Source: an uncultured Rhodospirillaceae bacterium (GTDB taxonomy: Bacteria > Pseudomonadota > Alphaproteobacteria > Rhodospirillales > UBA2165). From it: a stretch of DNA of 64,000 nucleotides. Below are positions 9,426 through 19,962 of this stretch, piece by piece (within the stretch, counting starts at the first letter, position 1; every line of letters begins with the position of its first letter). Below the pieces are notes generated by a model, which saw only the letters and a list, made by a program, of their open reading frames with translations, was not told the origin of the DNA and did no database searches. A program made the position numbers and the translations under genes. The stretch lies in NCBI GenBank assembly GCA_964611435.1, contig CAZSXT010000015.1:2116-66115 (forward strand), written 5' to 3'.

Positions 9426-9697
9426 CTAGGGCCCGGTCTCTTTATTCTCATACAATTGCGTTCGGGGGAAAGGTTACGGCTGCGAGAAAACAAGCGCAAG
9501 GACATGCTGGCGCATATTCGAGTATTATTTTCAATGCAGAGGGGAGCTTTCCCGCGAACCCAACGGGCGGCGTCTCTTTTGCCGGCGACGGCGTCGCCAA
9601 GCCTTGAAATATATGGGATATTCCTGCGACTTGGCTCCTAGTCACCGGCAAAACTGACTGCCGCGCAATGGATGACAATAAAGAGGCCGGACCCTCG
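9426..9697. mobile_element. 272-bp MITE-like palindromic element, copy B (inverted relative to copy A)
   Basis: ctagggcccggtctctttatt ... aataaagaggccggaccctcg. Matches the reverse complement of 6167-6438 with about 16 substitutions (hand count) and no indels. Confidence 0.85.
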
Positions 9698-9751
9698 GAA
9701 CACAGGATAAATGAAGAATTAATTGCCAAACGAGAGTCCCGGCCTTGAATG

Positions 9752-9780
9752 TTGCATGGCCAGCCCCGTCGGCACATACT
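9752..9780 (+). promoter_or_regulatory. Putative sigma70 promoter of thiS-thiG
   Basis: TTGCAT-N17-CATACT, about 40 bp upstream of ATG 9821. Confidence 0.4.
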
Positions 9781-9820
9781 CGGTCCACTGGTTTTAACGA
9801 AGAATACGGAATATATCCCG

Positions 9821-10816
9821 ATGCATATTACGCTGAACGGCGAACCCCACAATCTAGAGGCGCCGATGACCGTCGCCGGGCTCTTGGGCGAGCTTGGCCT
9901 GGACACCAAAAAGGTCGCGGTCGAACGCAACTTGGAAATCGTGCCCAAGTCCACGTATAGCGATGTTGACCTCGCCGATGGCGACCGGCTGGAGGTGGTG
10001 CACTTTATCGGTGGGGGGGCGCCCGAAGGGGCGGGTTCTTTGCCGGGGAAAGACACTTTCGAAGTGGCGGGCAAGGTTTTCTCGTCGCGGCTGCTGGTCG
10101 GCACCGGCAAGTACAAGGACTTCGAGGAGACGGCGGAAGCGATTGAGGCCTCGGGGGCGGAGATCGTCACCGTGGCGGTGCGCCGGGTGAATGTCACAAA
10201 TCCGAAAGAGCCCATGCTGGTCGATTATGTGGACCCAAAGAAATACACCTATCTGCCCAACACTGCCGGCTGCCACACGGCGGACGATGCGCTGCGGACC
10301 CTGCGTCTGGCGCGGGAGGCCGGCGGTTGGGATCTGGTGAAGCTGGAGGTCCTGTGGGACCATGTGACCCTCTATCCGCACATGACCGAAACCCTGAAAG
10401 CAGCCGAGGATCTGATCAAGGAAGACTTCAAGGTTATGGTCTATTGCAGCGATGATCCGGTCATGGCGCAGCGGCTGGAGGATATGGGCTGTTCCGCCAT
10501 CATGCCGTTGGGTGCGCCCATCGGGTCGGGGTTGGGCATTCAAAATCCGGTCGGCATCCGGCTGATCATCGAGCAGGCCAATGTGCCGGTGCTGGTGGAT
10601 GCCGGCGTCGGCACCGCGTCTGATGCGGCGGAGGCCATGGAACTCGGCTGCGATGGGGTGCTGATGAACACGGCGATCGCCGAAGCCAAGGACCCGATCG
10701 CCATGGCGCGGGCCATGAAACACGCCGTTGAAGCCGGGCGTCTCGCTTATCTGGCCGGCCGCATGCCCAAGAAAATGTATGCCGACCCGTCTTCGCCGCT
10801 TGCCGGGCTGATTTGA
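9821..10816 (+). CDS. thiG: Fused sulfur carrier ThiS / thiazole synthase ThiG
   Basis: N-terminal ThiS (MHITLNGE...[11 protein letters not shown]...VVHFIGGG), linker, then ThiG ([46 protein letters not shown]). Confidence 0.95.
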   Translation: MHITLNGEPHNLEAPMTVAGLLGELGLDTKKVAVERNLEIVPKSTYSDVDLADGDRLEVVHFIGGGAPEGAGSLPGKDTFEVAGKVFSSRLLVGTGKYKDFEETAEAIEASGAEIVTVAVRRVNVTNPKEPMLVDYVDPKKYTYLPNTAGCHTADDALRTLRLAREAGGWDLVKLEVLWDHVTLYPHMTETLKAAEDLIKEDFKVMVYCSDDPVMAQRLEDMGCSAIMPLGAPIGSGLGIQNPVGIRLIIEQANVPVLVDAGVGTASDAAEAMELGCDGVLMNTAIAEAKDPIAMARAMKHAVEAGRLAYLAGRMPKKMYADPSSPLAGLI

Positions 10817-12771
10817 GCGACCCGTTTTTAGAGGCGCAACGACTCCATAACGCCGGGCAGTTGGCCGAGGCTCAGGCCCTCTATGCCGAGGTCATCGAAG
10901 ACAGTCCGACCCACGAAAAGGCGCTCTATCTACTGGGCACGGTTCTGGCGCAGCGCGGCCGGTTTGAACAGGCGGTGGCGTTTCTGCGCCGCGCCATCGA
11001 TGAAAATCCGGAGAACGCGGTTTATCACACCAATCTAGGTGTCGCGCGCCAGAACCTGGGACGGTTGGACCGGGCAAAGGCGTCGTTTGACCGGGCGATC
11101 AAATTCGATCCCAACAATGTGGATGCCTACTACAATCTGGCCAAGCTGTACCGGCAGCTCGAACTCCCCGATGCAGCCCTGATGACCTACGAGCAGGTCC
11201 TGTCACTGAACCCCGAACGGACGGATGCGCTGGTCAACATGGGCAACATCCTGGACGAGGAAGGCCGGCTCGACGAGGCGCTGGCCTGTTTCGAACGTGC
11301 CGTGAAGATCAACCCCAAGGCCGGACGCGCCTATATCAATCTCGGCAATCTTTACCGGCGCATGGGGGAGGCGGAGAAGGCGGTCAGCGCCTATGACGGG
11401 TTGATCCGGCTGCGCGCCCACGGTGGCATGCGCATCAAAAGGGCGACGACCCTGCCGGTGGTGTACCGCGACCACGCCCATATCGAAGAGGCCCGCGCCG
11501 TATTCGAGAACCGGGTGTGGGAACTGTTGGACGATCCCAATCTTACCGTGGTTGATCCGACCTTGGAGACCTCCACTACCAATTTTTTCCTGGCGTACCA
11601 GAACAAGAACGACAAAGAGTTGCAGCAGCTGACGGCCCGGCTGCATCTGAAATCCTGTCCGCGTCTGGGCAGCGTCGCGCCGCACTGTGAGGGGGACCGC
11701 AAGCCGGGTCGTATCCGGCTCGGTCTGATCTCCGCCTACTTTCGCCGCCATTCCATCGGCCGGATGATGATCGGGCTGATGCGCAGCCTGCCGCGGGAGG
11801 ATTTCGAAGTGGTGCTGATCACGCCCCGGACGACCCGTGATCCGCTGGCCAGGGAGTTTCAAAAGCTGGCTGACCAGACCATTTACCTGGGCGAGCATTT
11901 TTGGGAGGACCAGCAGAAGATCGCCGAGGCCAAGCTGGATGTCCTGTTCTACGCGGATATCGGCATGGATATCCGGACGTACTTTATGGCCTTCGCCCGC
12001 CTGGCGCCCGTGCAGTGTTGCACCTGGGGGCATCCGGACACGACAGGCATTCCGAATATGGACTATTTTCTGTCGAGCAACTGGTTGGAGCCTGAAGATG
12101 CGGCGGATCACTACAGCGAGGAATTGGTGAAACTGCCGACCCTGCCGACCCGCTACCCGTTCCCGGATATCCCGGAGAATTTGAAAGATCGGGCGGCGTT
12201 TGGTCTGCCAAAAGATGAGACGATTTACTTGTGTCCGCAAAGCGCCATCAAACATCATCCCGATCTGGATCAGCTCTTCGCTGGCGTGTTGCGGGGCGAT
12301 GCGCAGGGCAGGGTGGTGCTGGTCGATGGCGCGGTGTCCCACTGGAGCACGCTGCTCAAAGAGCGGTGGGCGACGACCATCCCCGATGTGATGGACCGGA
12401 TCACTATTGTGCCGCGCCAGGCGCCGGAGGACTTCATTGCCCTTCAGGCGACGGCGGACGTGATCCTGGATACGCCGCACTTCAGCGGCGGCAACACGAC
12501 TTACGAAAGCTTTGCGCTCAGCAAGCCTATTGTCACTCTGGACAGCGCCTTCATGCGGGGCCGGGTCACCGCCGGCTTGTATCGGATGATGGCGATGGTA
12601 GACGGTATCGCGGCAGACCTGAATGAGTACGTGGAGACAGCCCTCCGCTTAGGCACAGAATCTGACGCCCGCGCCGATTTCGCCCGGCGATTAAGCGAGC
12701 GCAACGAGGTGCTGTTCGACGAGGCGGCGGTGACCGACGCGTTTGCGGACTTCTTTCGAAACACAGCCTGA
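10813..12771 (+). CDS. TPR-repeat O-GlcNAc transferase-like (GT41/SPINDLY family) protein
   Basis: About 5 TPRs, then [62 protein letters not shown] start overlaps the thiG stop. Confidence 0.88.
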   Translation: MSDPFLEAQRLHNAGQLAEAQALYAEVIEDSPTHEKALYLLGTVLAQRGRFEQAVAFLRRAIDENPENAVYHTNLGVARQNLGRLDRAKASFDRAIKFDPNNVDAYYNLAKLYRQLELPDAALMTYEQVLSLNPERTDALVNMGNILDEEGRLDEALACFERAVKINPKAGRAYINLGNLYRRMGEAEKAVSAYDGLIRLRAHGGMRIKRATTLPVVYRDHAHIEEARAVFENRVWELLDDPNLTVVDPTLETSTTNFFLAYQNKNDKELQQLTARLHLKSCPRLGSVAPHCEGDRKPGRIRLGLISAYFRRHSIGRMMIGLMRSLPREDFEVVLITPRTTRDPLAREFQKLADQTIYLGEHFWEDQQKIAEAKLDVLFYADIGMDIRTYFMAFARLAPVQCCTWGHPDTTGIPNMDYFLSSNWLEPEDAADHYSEELVKLPTLPTRYPFPDIPENLKDRAAFGLPKDETIYLCPQSAIKHHPDLDQLFAGVLRGDAQGRVVLVDGAVSHWSTLLKERWATTIPDVMDRITIVPRQAPEDFIALQATADVILDTPHFSGGNTTYESFALSKPIVTLDSAFMRGRVTAGLYRMMAMVDGIAADLNEYVETALRLGTESDARADFARRLSERNEVLFDEAAVTDAFADFFRNTA

Positions 12772-12862
12772 GAATGTCTTTTTACGATGTCTAACGACAC
12801 TGAAACCGGCGTCGATACAGGATTATTTTCGCCGCCAAAAAGCGAGGGACGGCATCGATATT

Positions 12863-13628
12863 ATGTCACCCAGCGGAATCTTAAAGTCATCTTTATTTGA
12901 ATTCTGAGGGTTTGTCTGGATTGCAGTCATTGTTTTAGGTTGGCCGGATAGGCACTGGAGAACTCCCACCCACGCCTTAACTTTATTAACATACTGGGCT
13001 AATTCGGCACCTTTCAGTTTGATGCAATAGCGGACAAGTTCTCCGTTCACCGGTTTATGCCTTGGAAGCGAACTTTACTCTCGGTGAAAGGCGGCACGGT
13101 TTCTGCGGCGTTCACCAGCAGTTTTAAAAAGGATCGGGCGGAATTTGGCGCCTACCCCATGAGAAACGGTAAACCAGATCCGACTCGGCTCAGCGTGTAT
13201 ACGCTTACCATCTTTATTCAAAGCGAAGTACGCCCGAAGCTACAGGCGGTTGGAAAAATTCGATTGCGAAAGCTCGTGTTGGGGTCGAGCAAGCTGCCTC
13301 TATTATTCCGAGACTCACTGAACTTGGTGCGAGCCCATACGAGAGGGCGGGATATGACAATCTTCTCGAAATGCTTTCAAAAGGCCGGTTTCGATTTGTG
13401 GCGGGAATCGCGGACAATGTTGACCCTCGCATTAGAGCAAACGAGACATTTGCCAGTGAACTAGTTAAGCTTGACCCACCGCTCGAAGTACGGGTGGGCT
13501 ACGTTATGTTTGGGAAGAGATTCTACGAAGACAACAAAACTTTAGTCGAGTGCTTCTGGGACGAATCTGCTCGCCTATCTAAAACCGATTGGTATCAAAA
13601 AATCGTTGATGAATATCATCAAAACTAA
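12863..13628 (+). pseudogene. Disrupted periplasmic substrate-binding protein (family 3-like)
   Basis: Segments in different frames: signal-like N-terminus with an internal TGA; MPWKRTLLSVKGG...SFKKDRAEFGAYP...GKPDP (from 13057); then a frame switch near 13173-13200 to YHLY...NLLEMLSKGR...KLDPPL...GYVMFGK, ending at 13628. Lower GC than its flanks. Confidence 0.65.
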
Positions 13629-13796
13629 GTGAGCCGTGTCTGACGTGGGTCGCCTTCGCATCAAACCCGGCCGGTTCCGGTGATCGCGGAGTAGGCCGCT
13701 TGGCTTCGGCAAGCAGCACCTAAAGTTTATGACACGATAACACGGTCGGCGTATATGGTGCGTGACAATTGATCCGATGCGGATGAAACTGCGGCC

Positions 13797-15047
13797 ATGA
13801 CCGACATGCCCCTCACCGACGACCGCGCTCTCCATAAGCGCGAGAATTTCGCCACCTATCTGGTGTCGGTGCCGCATTTTTTCAGCCATTTTTACTTGCT
13901 GACCCTGTACCCGATGTTCCCGGTCATCAAGGATGATCTGAACGTCAGCTTTACGGAGCTCGGCCTCGTCATCACGCTCTATGCGCTGGGCTCGGCCTCC
14001 GGGCAGTATCCGGCCGGCATTCTGTCAGACAAGATAGGGCCACGCTGGGTGTTGATCTCCGGGGTCGGCACGATGTCGAGTTGTTTTTTCCTGATGGGAT
14101 TTGCGACCGAGTATTGGCACCTGCTGGTCCTGGCTGTGATTGGCGGCCTCGGCGACTCGGTCGTCCATCCGGCCAACTTCACGGTGATCACGGCGCAGGT
14201 GAGAGCCAAACGGCTGGGCTGGGCCTATTCGATCCATGCCTTTGCCGGCTTCTTCGGCTTTGCTGTCGCGCCGCCGATCATCGATATGCTGCGGATCGCG
14301 ACAGACTGGCACATAGCGCTGCATGTTGCCGGCGCGGCGGGGTTGATCACGACGGTGGCGTTGTTCCTCAACAAACATTGGCTGATCGCGGAAACCGTGG
14401 AGCCCAATGCGGATGGCTCCGCGGCAAAACCGGTCGGCATGTTTACCCTGCTGAAGTCGGGACCGATCCTGTTGCTGTTGATGTTCTATATCTCCATGGC
14501 GCTGGCCGGGCAGGGGATTCAGGGTTTCTCGCCGTCCGCCTTGCCGGTGCTCTATGACATTACCTTGTCGGAAGCCAACCGGACGCTGTTTGTTTACTTG
14601 CTCGGCATTTCATTGGGCGTGCTGGCGGGCGGCTGGGTCGCCGACAAGTTCGGCCGGTTTGATCTAATCGCCACAGTGGGATATTTCACCGCCGCGATCC
14701 TGATCGTCGTCATCGCCTTCGCCTGGCTGCCGGTTGTGCTGATGGTGATCGCGTTCTTCATCGCCGGTTTCATGATGGGGATCGTGTTCCCGTCCCGCGA
14801 TCTGATGGTGCGCGAGGTCGCCCCGAAAGGCGCCGCCGGCAAGGCCTTTGGTTTCGTGAACGCCGGCTTCGGCTATGGCGGGATGATCGGGCCGTTGTTG
14901 TTCGGCGCGATCATGGATGCCGGCAACGTCCAGGCGGTCTATTTCACTTCAGCCGGGGTGATCCTGATCATTATCGCCAGCGCCATCGGCTCGACCTTCC
15001 TGGCGCGCCGCCAAAGCCCGGTTGAGGCGCCCGCGCCGGCGGAATAA
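13797..15047 (+). CDS. MFS transporter (Fsr-like)
   Basis: About 12 hydrophobic segments, HFFSHFY, GILSDKIGPR and GWVADKFGR MFS loops, SVVHP. Confidence 0.9.
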   Translation: MTDMPLTDDRALHKRENFATYLVSVPHFFSHFYLLTLYPMFPVIKDDLNVSFTELGLVITLYALGSASGQYPAGILSDKIGPRWVLISGVGTMSSCFFLMGFATEYWHLLVLAVIGGLGDSVVHPANFTVITAQVRAKRLGWAYSIHAFAGFFGFAVAPPIIDMLRIATDWHIALHVAGAAGLITTVALFLNKHWLIAETVEPNADGSAAKPVGMFTLLKSGPILLLLMFYISMALAGQGIQGFSPSALPVLYDITLSEANRTLFVYLLGISLGVLAGGWVADKFGRFDLIATVGYFTAAILIVVIAFAWLPVVLMVIAFFIAGFMMGIVFPSRDLMVREVAPKGAAGKAFGFVNAGFGYGGMIGPLLFGAIMDAGNVQAVYFTSAGVILIIIASAIGSTFLARRQSPVEAPAPAE

Positions 15048-15050
15048 CGT

Positions 15051-15842
15051 CTACCAGTCGTTCCGTAGTTCACGCAGTTTTAGGAAGATCGTCTTTTCGT
15101 CCAGCTCGACCGGCAGGTCGGGGAAGGCTTCCCGCAACTTCTCGATCACGCTGGGGCTGTGCAGCCGGAAGAACGTGTTGATCTCTTTCTCCAGGCCCAA
15201 GGTGGTGACCATGGCGTCGTGGGTGTCCTGGCCTTCGACCTCGGCTTTTAGGGATTTGGCGCGCTCGTTATCCGGCTCCCGGTCCAGGGTGAAATTCAAA
15301 TTGTTTTCTATGTAATCATGGCCGGGATAGATGAGCGTCTCGTCCGGCAACTTGGCAAGCTGGCCGACAAACGTGCTGTAGAGCGAGTCCGGATGGCCAC
15401 CGCCTTTGCAGTGACCCGCGCCCGCGTTGAACATGGTGTCGCCGGCGAACAGCGCAGGGGTGTCGGTCCGGGACAGCAGGCACACATGGCTCATGGTGTG
15501 GCCGGGTGTGTCCAAGGCTTCCAGCTCTACGGTCTGGCCGACCTTGATCACGTCGCCGGCCTTTAGGCCTACATCCATGTCGGGGATTTGATCCGATGCG
15601 CCGGCATGCGCCAGGACCTTCGCGCCGGTGGCGTCCACGACGCCCTGATTGCCGCCGATATGATCGTGGTGATGGTGGGTGTTGAGCACCTGGGTGATGG
15701 TCCAGCCCTTGTCCTTGGCGGTGGCCAGGCACCGGTTGTAATCCAGCGGGTCGATGGCCAGGGCCTCGCCGGTTTCCGGGCAGGCGATTAGGTAATTGAA
15801 ATTGCGGTAGTCGTTCTCGGTCCAGATTTGTTCAACAAGCAC
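15051..15842 (-). CDS. gloB: Hydroxyacylglutathione hydrolase (glyoxalase II) family
   Basis: NTHHHHDHIGGN, TPGHT, AGDTMF, YPGHDY, LRELRNDW. Confidence 0.88.
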   Translation of the reverse strand: MLVEQIWTENDYRNFNYLIACPETGEALAIDPLDYNRCLATAKDKGWTITQVLNTHHHHDHIGGNQGVVDATGAKVLAHAGASDQIPDMDVGLKAGDVIKVGQTVELEALDTPGHTMSHVCLLSRTDTPALFAGDTMFNAGAGHCKGGGHPDSLYSTFVGQLAKLPDETLIYPGHDYIENNLNFTLDREPDNERAKSLKAEVEGQDTHDAMVTTLGLEKEINTFFRLHSPSVIEKLREAFPDLPVELDEKTIFLKLRELRNDW

Positions 15843-15917
15843 GCGTTAGTCCTCCGTTTGGCTTTGCGGCCATCTTAGAGGACCAGGGACGCGGCGTCAT
15901 CCTCGCCGTTGGCGTGC

Positions 15918-16370
15918 CTAGTCGGCTTGGTGCTTTTCCACCACCAACGTAGCGCCATCCATCCCGATGACTTTTACCCGCGTGCCTTTGGGCATGTCTT
16001 GGCCATGGACCCGCCAGTTCGTGTCATCGATGACCAGCTTGCCGATCCCGTCGCGGATGGATTCTTCCAGCGTATAGGTTTGTCCAATATAGCCGGCGCC
16101 CCGTTGATTGAGGTTGGGGTGGTCGCTGGGCCCCGGTTTTCCGGCGATGAACTTGCGCCCGATGTAGATGGAAATGGCGGACAGGGCGGCGAAGATGACA
16201 ATCTGAAATTCCCATCCCGTCCCGGGCATCAGGAAAAGCAGACCGCCGGTCAGCAGGGCGGCGATGCCGATCCACAGAAACACCGCGCCGGGGGCCAAAA
16301 TCTCCAGCGCCATGACCGCGACACCGAAGATCAGCCAATGCCAGAATACGACTTCGTTTAAGAATTCCAT
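15918..16370 (-). CDS. NfeD-like membrane protein (YbbJ family)
   Basis: WHWLIFG...LEIL.PG.VFLW TM region, LNQRGAGYIG, C-terminal OB fold. Downstream of the SPFH gene. Confidence 0.9.
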   Translation of the reverse strand: MEFLNEVVFWHWLIFGVAVMALEILAPGAVFLWIGIAALLTGGLLFLMPGTGWEFQIVIFAALSAISIYIGRKFIAGKPGPSDHPNLNQRGAGYIGQTYTLEESIRDGIGKLVIDDTNWRVHGQDMPKGTRVKVIGMDGATLVVEKHQAD

Positions 16371-16385
16371 ATCGCCGTTCCTCGT

Positions 16386-17363
16386 TTAGTCGCTCGTGGG
16401 CACGCTGCCCCGGCCGGAGGGGCGGAAACCGCCTCCCGATCCGCCACCGTCGCCGAAACTGTCCTTGGCGATCTCGGCGATGCCGCCCAGGGCGCCCAAC
16501 AGGCTGCCGGCTTCCAGGGGCATCATGATGACTTTCTGGTTGGGCGCGGAGGCGACTTTTGCCAAGGCGTCCGTATACTTGAGCGCGACGAAGTAATTGA
16601 CCGCGTGGACGTTCCCCTCGGCAATAGATTTGGACACCATCTCGGTCGCCTTGGCCTCGGCTTCGGCGGCGCGTTCCCGCGCTTCGGCGTCCCGGAAGGC
16701 CGCTTCCCGCCGGCCTTCGGCTTCCAGGATGGCGCTCTGCTTCTCACCTTCGGCGCGCAGAATTTCGGACTGACGATGGCCCTCGGCCTCCAGAATGTTG
16801 GCGCGCTTGTCCCGCTCGGCCTTCATCTGGCGGGCCATGGCGTCGACCAGATCACGCGGCGGTCCGATATCCTTGATTTCCACGCGGGTCACCTTGATGC
16901 CCCAAGGGTTGGTCGCCGCATCGATCACGCCCAAGAGTCGGGTGTTGATGGCGTCACGCTGAGACAGAAGCTCATCCAAATCCATTGAACCCATCACGGT
17001 TCTGAGGTTGGTCATGCTGAGGTTCAAGATGGCGTTATAGAGATCAGTGACCTCGTAAGCCGCTTTCGGCGCATCCAGCACCTGGAAGAACACCACGCCG
17101 TCGACCGCGACCATGGCGTTGTCCTTGGTGATGACTTCTTGTGTGGGGACATCCAAGACCTGTTCCATCATGTTCATGCGCCGGCCGATCTTATCAATAA
17201 TCGGCACGATGATATGAAGCCCGGGTGATAGCGTACGGGCGTACCGGCCAAACCGTTCCAGTGTGTAATTCATGCCCTGGGGCACCGTCTTGATGGCCAT
17301 CAGGGCAAACAGCAAGGCAAAGACGAAAATGACGATGGCGAAGATGGAAAACTCGGTAATCAT
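16386..17363 (-). CDS. qmcA: SPFH/band 7 protein QmcA
   Basis: ERFGRY, QEVITKDNA, NLRTVMGSMDLDELLSQRD, QMKAERDKRA. Confidence 0.92.
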   Translation of the reverse strand: MITEFSIFAIVIFVFALLFALMAIKTVPQGMNYTLERFGRYARTLSPGLHIIVPIIDKIGRRMNMMEQVLDVPTQEVITKDNAMVAVDGVVFFQVLDAPKAAYEVTDLYNAILNLSMTNLRTVMGSMDLDELLSQRDAINTRLLGVIDAATNPWGIKVTRVEIKDIGPPRDLVDAMARQMKAERDKRANILEAEGHRQSEILRAEGEKQSAILEAEGRREAAFRDAEARERAAEAEAKATEMVSKSIAEGNVHAVNYFVALKYTDALAKVASAPNQKVIMMPLEAGSLLGALGGIAEIAKDSFGDGGGSGGGFRPSGRGSVPTSD

Positions 17364-17522
17364 GGCGGTCTCCTACGCTGAGCCTAATTCTGGTTAAACT
17401 TTATTGTCCCTGAGTATGTAGTTTGTCTCGTACACTCAACTATCAGTATAACACCTTACATGGTTTGACCGGCCTTGAATACAGGTGTTGACAGGCGCGT
17501 TAAATTGCGACAACCCTTTGAT

Positions 17523-18152
17523 ATGATTGAAAAAATAGACAGGAAGACATTCAAGGCGGCGGTTGAGGAATTGGCCGCTAAAGATCCCGATGTCTCCCGT
17601 TTGTATGAAGAGCATGGCCTGCCGGGCCTGCGGTCGCGGAAGACTGGTTTTGGCTCGCTGCTCAAGACAATTTGTGGCCAGCAAGTTTCGACGTCTGCGG
17701 CCCGCGCCATCACCGGAAGGCTTGATGCCATCGCCGATCCGATGACGCCGGAGATATTCTTGAGCTTGTCTGATGCGGAGCTTCGGGCCGTTGGCCTGAG
17801 CGGCCAAAAAGCCGGGTACGGGCGGGGCATCGCTCAGGCAATCGTGGATGGGGAATTCAGTTTTCGCCGGGTTGCCCGCATGAGCGACGAAGACGCGATC
17901 GCCGAGATGGTAAAGCTGAAAGGCGTCGGACGCTGGACCGCAGAGGTCTATCTGTTATTTGCACTGCGCCGGCCCGACTTGTGGCCGGTGGACGATCTGG
18001 GAATCGTCAAAGGCGTGATGGGTGTGAAGGGCCTCCGTAAACGGCCCTCCCGGGAGAAGATGCTCGAAATCGGGGAGGCGTGGCGACCGTGGCGTAGCGC
18101 CGCCGCCCGTATGATGTGGCACTACACCAACGCCACACGGCAAAATCGTTAG
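17523..18152 (+). CDS. alkA: DNA-3-methyladenine glycosylase II family
   Basis: ICGQQVS, HhH motif LKGVGRWTAEVYLLF, WPVDDLG, WRPWRSAAA. ATG at 17523. Confidence 0.88.
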   Translation: MIEKIDRKTFKAAVEELAAKDPDVSRLYEEHGLPGLRSRKTGFGSLLKTICGQQVSTSAARAITGRLDAIADPMTPEIFLSLSDAELRAVGLSGQKAGYGRGIAQAIVDGEFSFRRVARMSDEDAIAEMVKLKGVGRWTAEVYLLFALRRPDLWPVDDLGIVKGVMGVKGLRKRPSREKMLEIGEAWRPWRSAAARMMWHYTNATRQNR

Positions 18153-18214
18153 TCCGCATTTATGTCTAGCTATTGGTTGGCTCGTCCAGGCGGAACAGAA
18201 CGTCGCACGGGGCC

Positions 18215-18850
18215 CTAGTTAGCGCCTGCTTTGAGGGCGCGATACCGGTCCATCATGCTCTGACGGGTGAAGGGTTGGAAACGCATCTGAGCCGCCTGTT
18301 TCGCTTCGTTCAGAATGTCCCCTGAAAGCATGGCCAGCAGACCATCTAATTTAGTGCCAAGTCGCCGGTCCAGCCGGGCCGCGAGGCCGAAATACCGGGC
18401 TGCGGTGACGGGATCGGCTGGTCCGCAATGATGAGAGGTGTAAAATTCCCCACCGTGGGCGGCCGCGGTCAGGTTTCCTGCGCGAGCGCCCCATTCCAGG
18501 ACTTTCTTGAATTCCTCGCAAGCTTTGGGGGAATACTCCGCCAATCTGGCGGCTAACCGATATTCCATAATCGCGCCGTCCAAGAAACCAAGTTCAGCGG
18601 CTTGGCGATAACTGGCTAAGGCGGTTTCCGCTCGCTGCTGGCCCAAAAGCCTTGTTTCTTCGGCTTTACCGTTCAGATAGGCGGCGAACCCGTCGCCGGC
18701 ATTGGCATTGTCGATCAGCGCGGCGTGCGCAGCCATATAGTCCCCGGCAAGAAACAGGTGGTAACCCTTTTCGCCGGCGCGAATGGAGACGGCGGCGATA
18801 AGCAATACGGCTGCGACTACGGAAATTGAAACGGATGTCTTAGTCGGCAT
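18215..18850 (-). CDS. Exported Sel1-like repeat protein
   Basis: Signal-like N-terminus; helical repeats such as YRQAAELG and DPVTAARYFGLAA. Confidence 0.55.
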   Translation of the reverse strand: MPTKTSVSISVVAAVLLIAAVSIRAGEKGYHLFLAGDYMAAHAALIDNANAGDGFAAYLNGKAEETRLLGQQRAETALASYRQAAELGFLDGAIMEYRLAARLAEYSPKACEEFKKVLEWGARAGNLTAAAHGGEFYTSHHCGPADPVTAARYFGLAARLDRRLGTKLDGLLAMLSGDILNEAKQAAQMRFQPFTRQSMMDRYRALKAGAN

Positions 18851-18921
18851 GACGGCAGGTTACGTAGCTTCGGATTCCCTGTAAAGTACGGTTCGAATGA
18901 AGCTGGACCAACGAACCGAAA

Positions 18922-19962
18922 ATGAACAACTCATTTATTGAACTTTACAGTGATACTAAGACCCGGCCATCCGCTGGGATGTTGGCCGCCATGACGGCTG
19001 CGGAGACCGGAGACGAACAAGCCGGCGAGGACCCAACAACAAATCGGCTGTGTGGGATGGTGGCGGAGTTGTTGGGAAAAGAGGCGGCAGTGTTTCTACC
19101 GTCAGGAACCATGTGTAATCAAATCGCTTTGGCGGTCCATTGCCGGTCCGGTGACGAAATCATTGCCGATGAAACGGCGCACATCATTAACTTCGAAGTC
19201 GGTGGTGCGGCCTCCATAGCCGGGGCCATGATCAGGCCGGCGCCGGGCGCGCACGGGATTTTCTCTGCCGAGCAGGTGGCGAACGCGATACGGCCTGATG
19301 TTCGGCACATGCCCAAATCGCGGCTGGTGTCGGTGGAACAAACCTCTAACCTGGGCGGCGGCACTGTGTGGCCGCTGGAAACGTTGGGGCAAGTTTCAAC
19401 CGTAGCGAAGGATGCGGGGCTGCTGGTTCATATGGACGGCGCGAGACTGATGAATGCGGTCGTGGCGTCAGGCGTGGCAGCTGCTGATTATGCCGCTCTC
19501 ACCGATACGTTGTGGATTGATCTCTCCAAAGGATTGGGCTGTCCCATTGGGGGCGTGTTGGCGGGCTCCAAAGCGTTTATCGAGGAGGCCTGGTTCTGGA
19601 AGCAGCGGCTCGGCGGGTCAATGCGGCAATCGGGGGTAATCGCCGCCGCCGGCATTTATGCGCTGGATCACAACGTGGATCGTCTTGCCGAGGATCACGA
19701 AAATGCGCGGGTGTTGGCGGAGGTGCTACATGGCGTGGACGGTGTTTCCGTACCGTTGGAGACCGTGCAAACCAATATTGTCATTGTTGATGTTTCGAAC
19801 ATCGGCAAATCTGCACCGGAGATTTCCGCGGAACTCCTGGCCAAAGGAGTTCGCATGGGCGCCTTGGATAAGCAACGATTACGCGCGGTGACCCATTTGG
19901 ATGTCAGCCGGGAGGGCGTCGAACGCGCCGGTGAGATTTTTGCCGAAGTCTGCGCTGGCTGA
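18922..19962 (+). CDS. ltaE: Low-specificity L-threonine aldolase (PLP)
   Basis: SDTKTRP, FLPSGTMCNQ, HMDGARL, SKGLGCPIG, LGGSMRQSG. Confidence 0.9.
   Translation: MNNSFIELYSDTKTRPSAGMLAAMTAAETGDEQAGEDPTTNRLCGMVAELLGKEAAVFLPSGTMCNQIALAVHCRSGDEIIADETAHIINFEVGGAASIAGAMIRPAPGAHGIFSAEQVANAIRPDVRHMPKSRLVSVEQTSNLGGGTVWPLETLGQVSTVAKDAGLLVHMDGARLMNAVVASGVAAADYAALTDTLWIDLSKGLGCPIGGVLAGSKAFIEEAWFWKQRLGGSMRQSGVIAAAGIYALDHNVDRLAEDHENARVLAEVLHGVDGVSVPLETVQTNIVIVDVSNIGKSAPEISAELLAKGVRMGALDKQRLRAVTHLDVSREGVERAGEIFAEVCAG

Noticed and set aside
9698-9820. TPP riboswitch upstream of thiS-thiG
   Set aside because: The conserved CTGAGA...ACCTGA...GCGNAGG elements are not present.
11203-12480. Long antisense ORFs (also 9854-10723, 22649-23608, 40103-41164, 46181-47134, 50445-51356)
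   Set aside because: Shadow frames opposite well-supported genes, expected at high GC, with no recognisable motifs.
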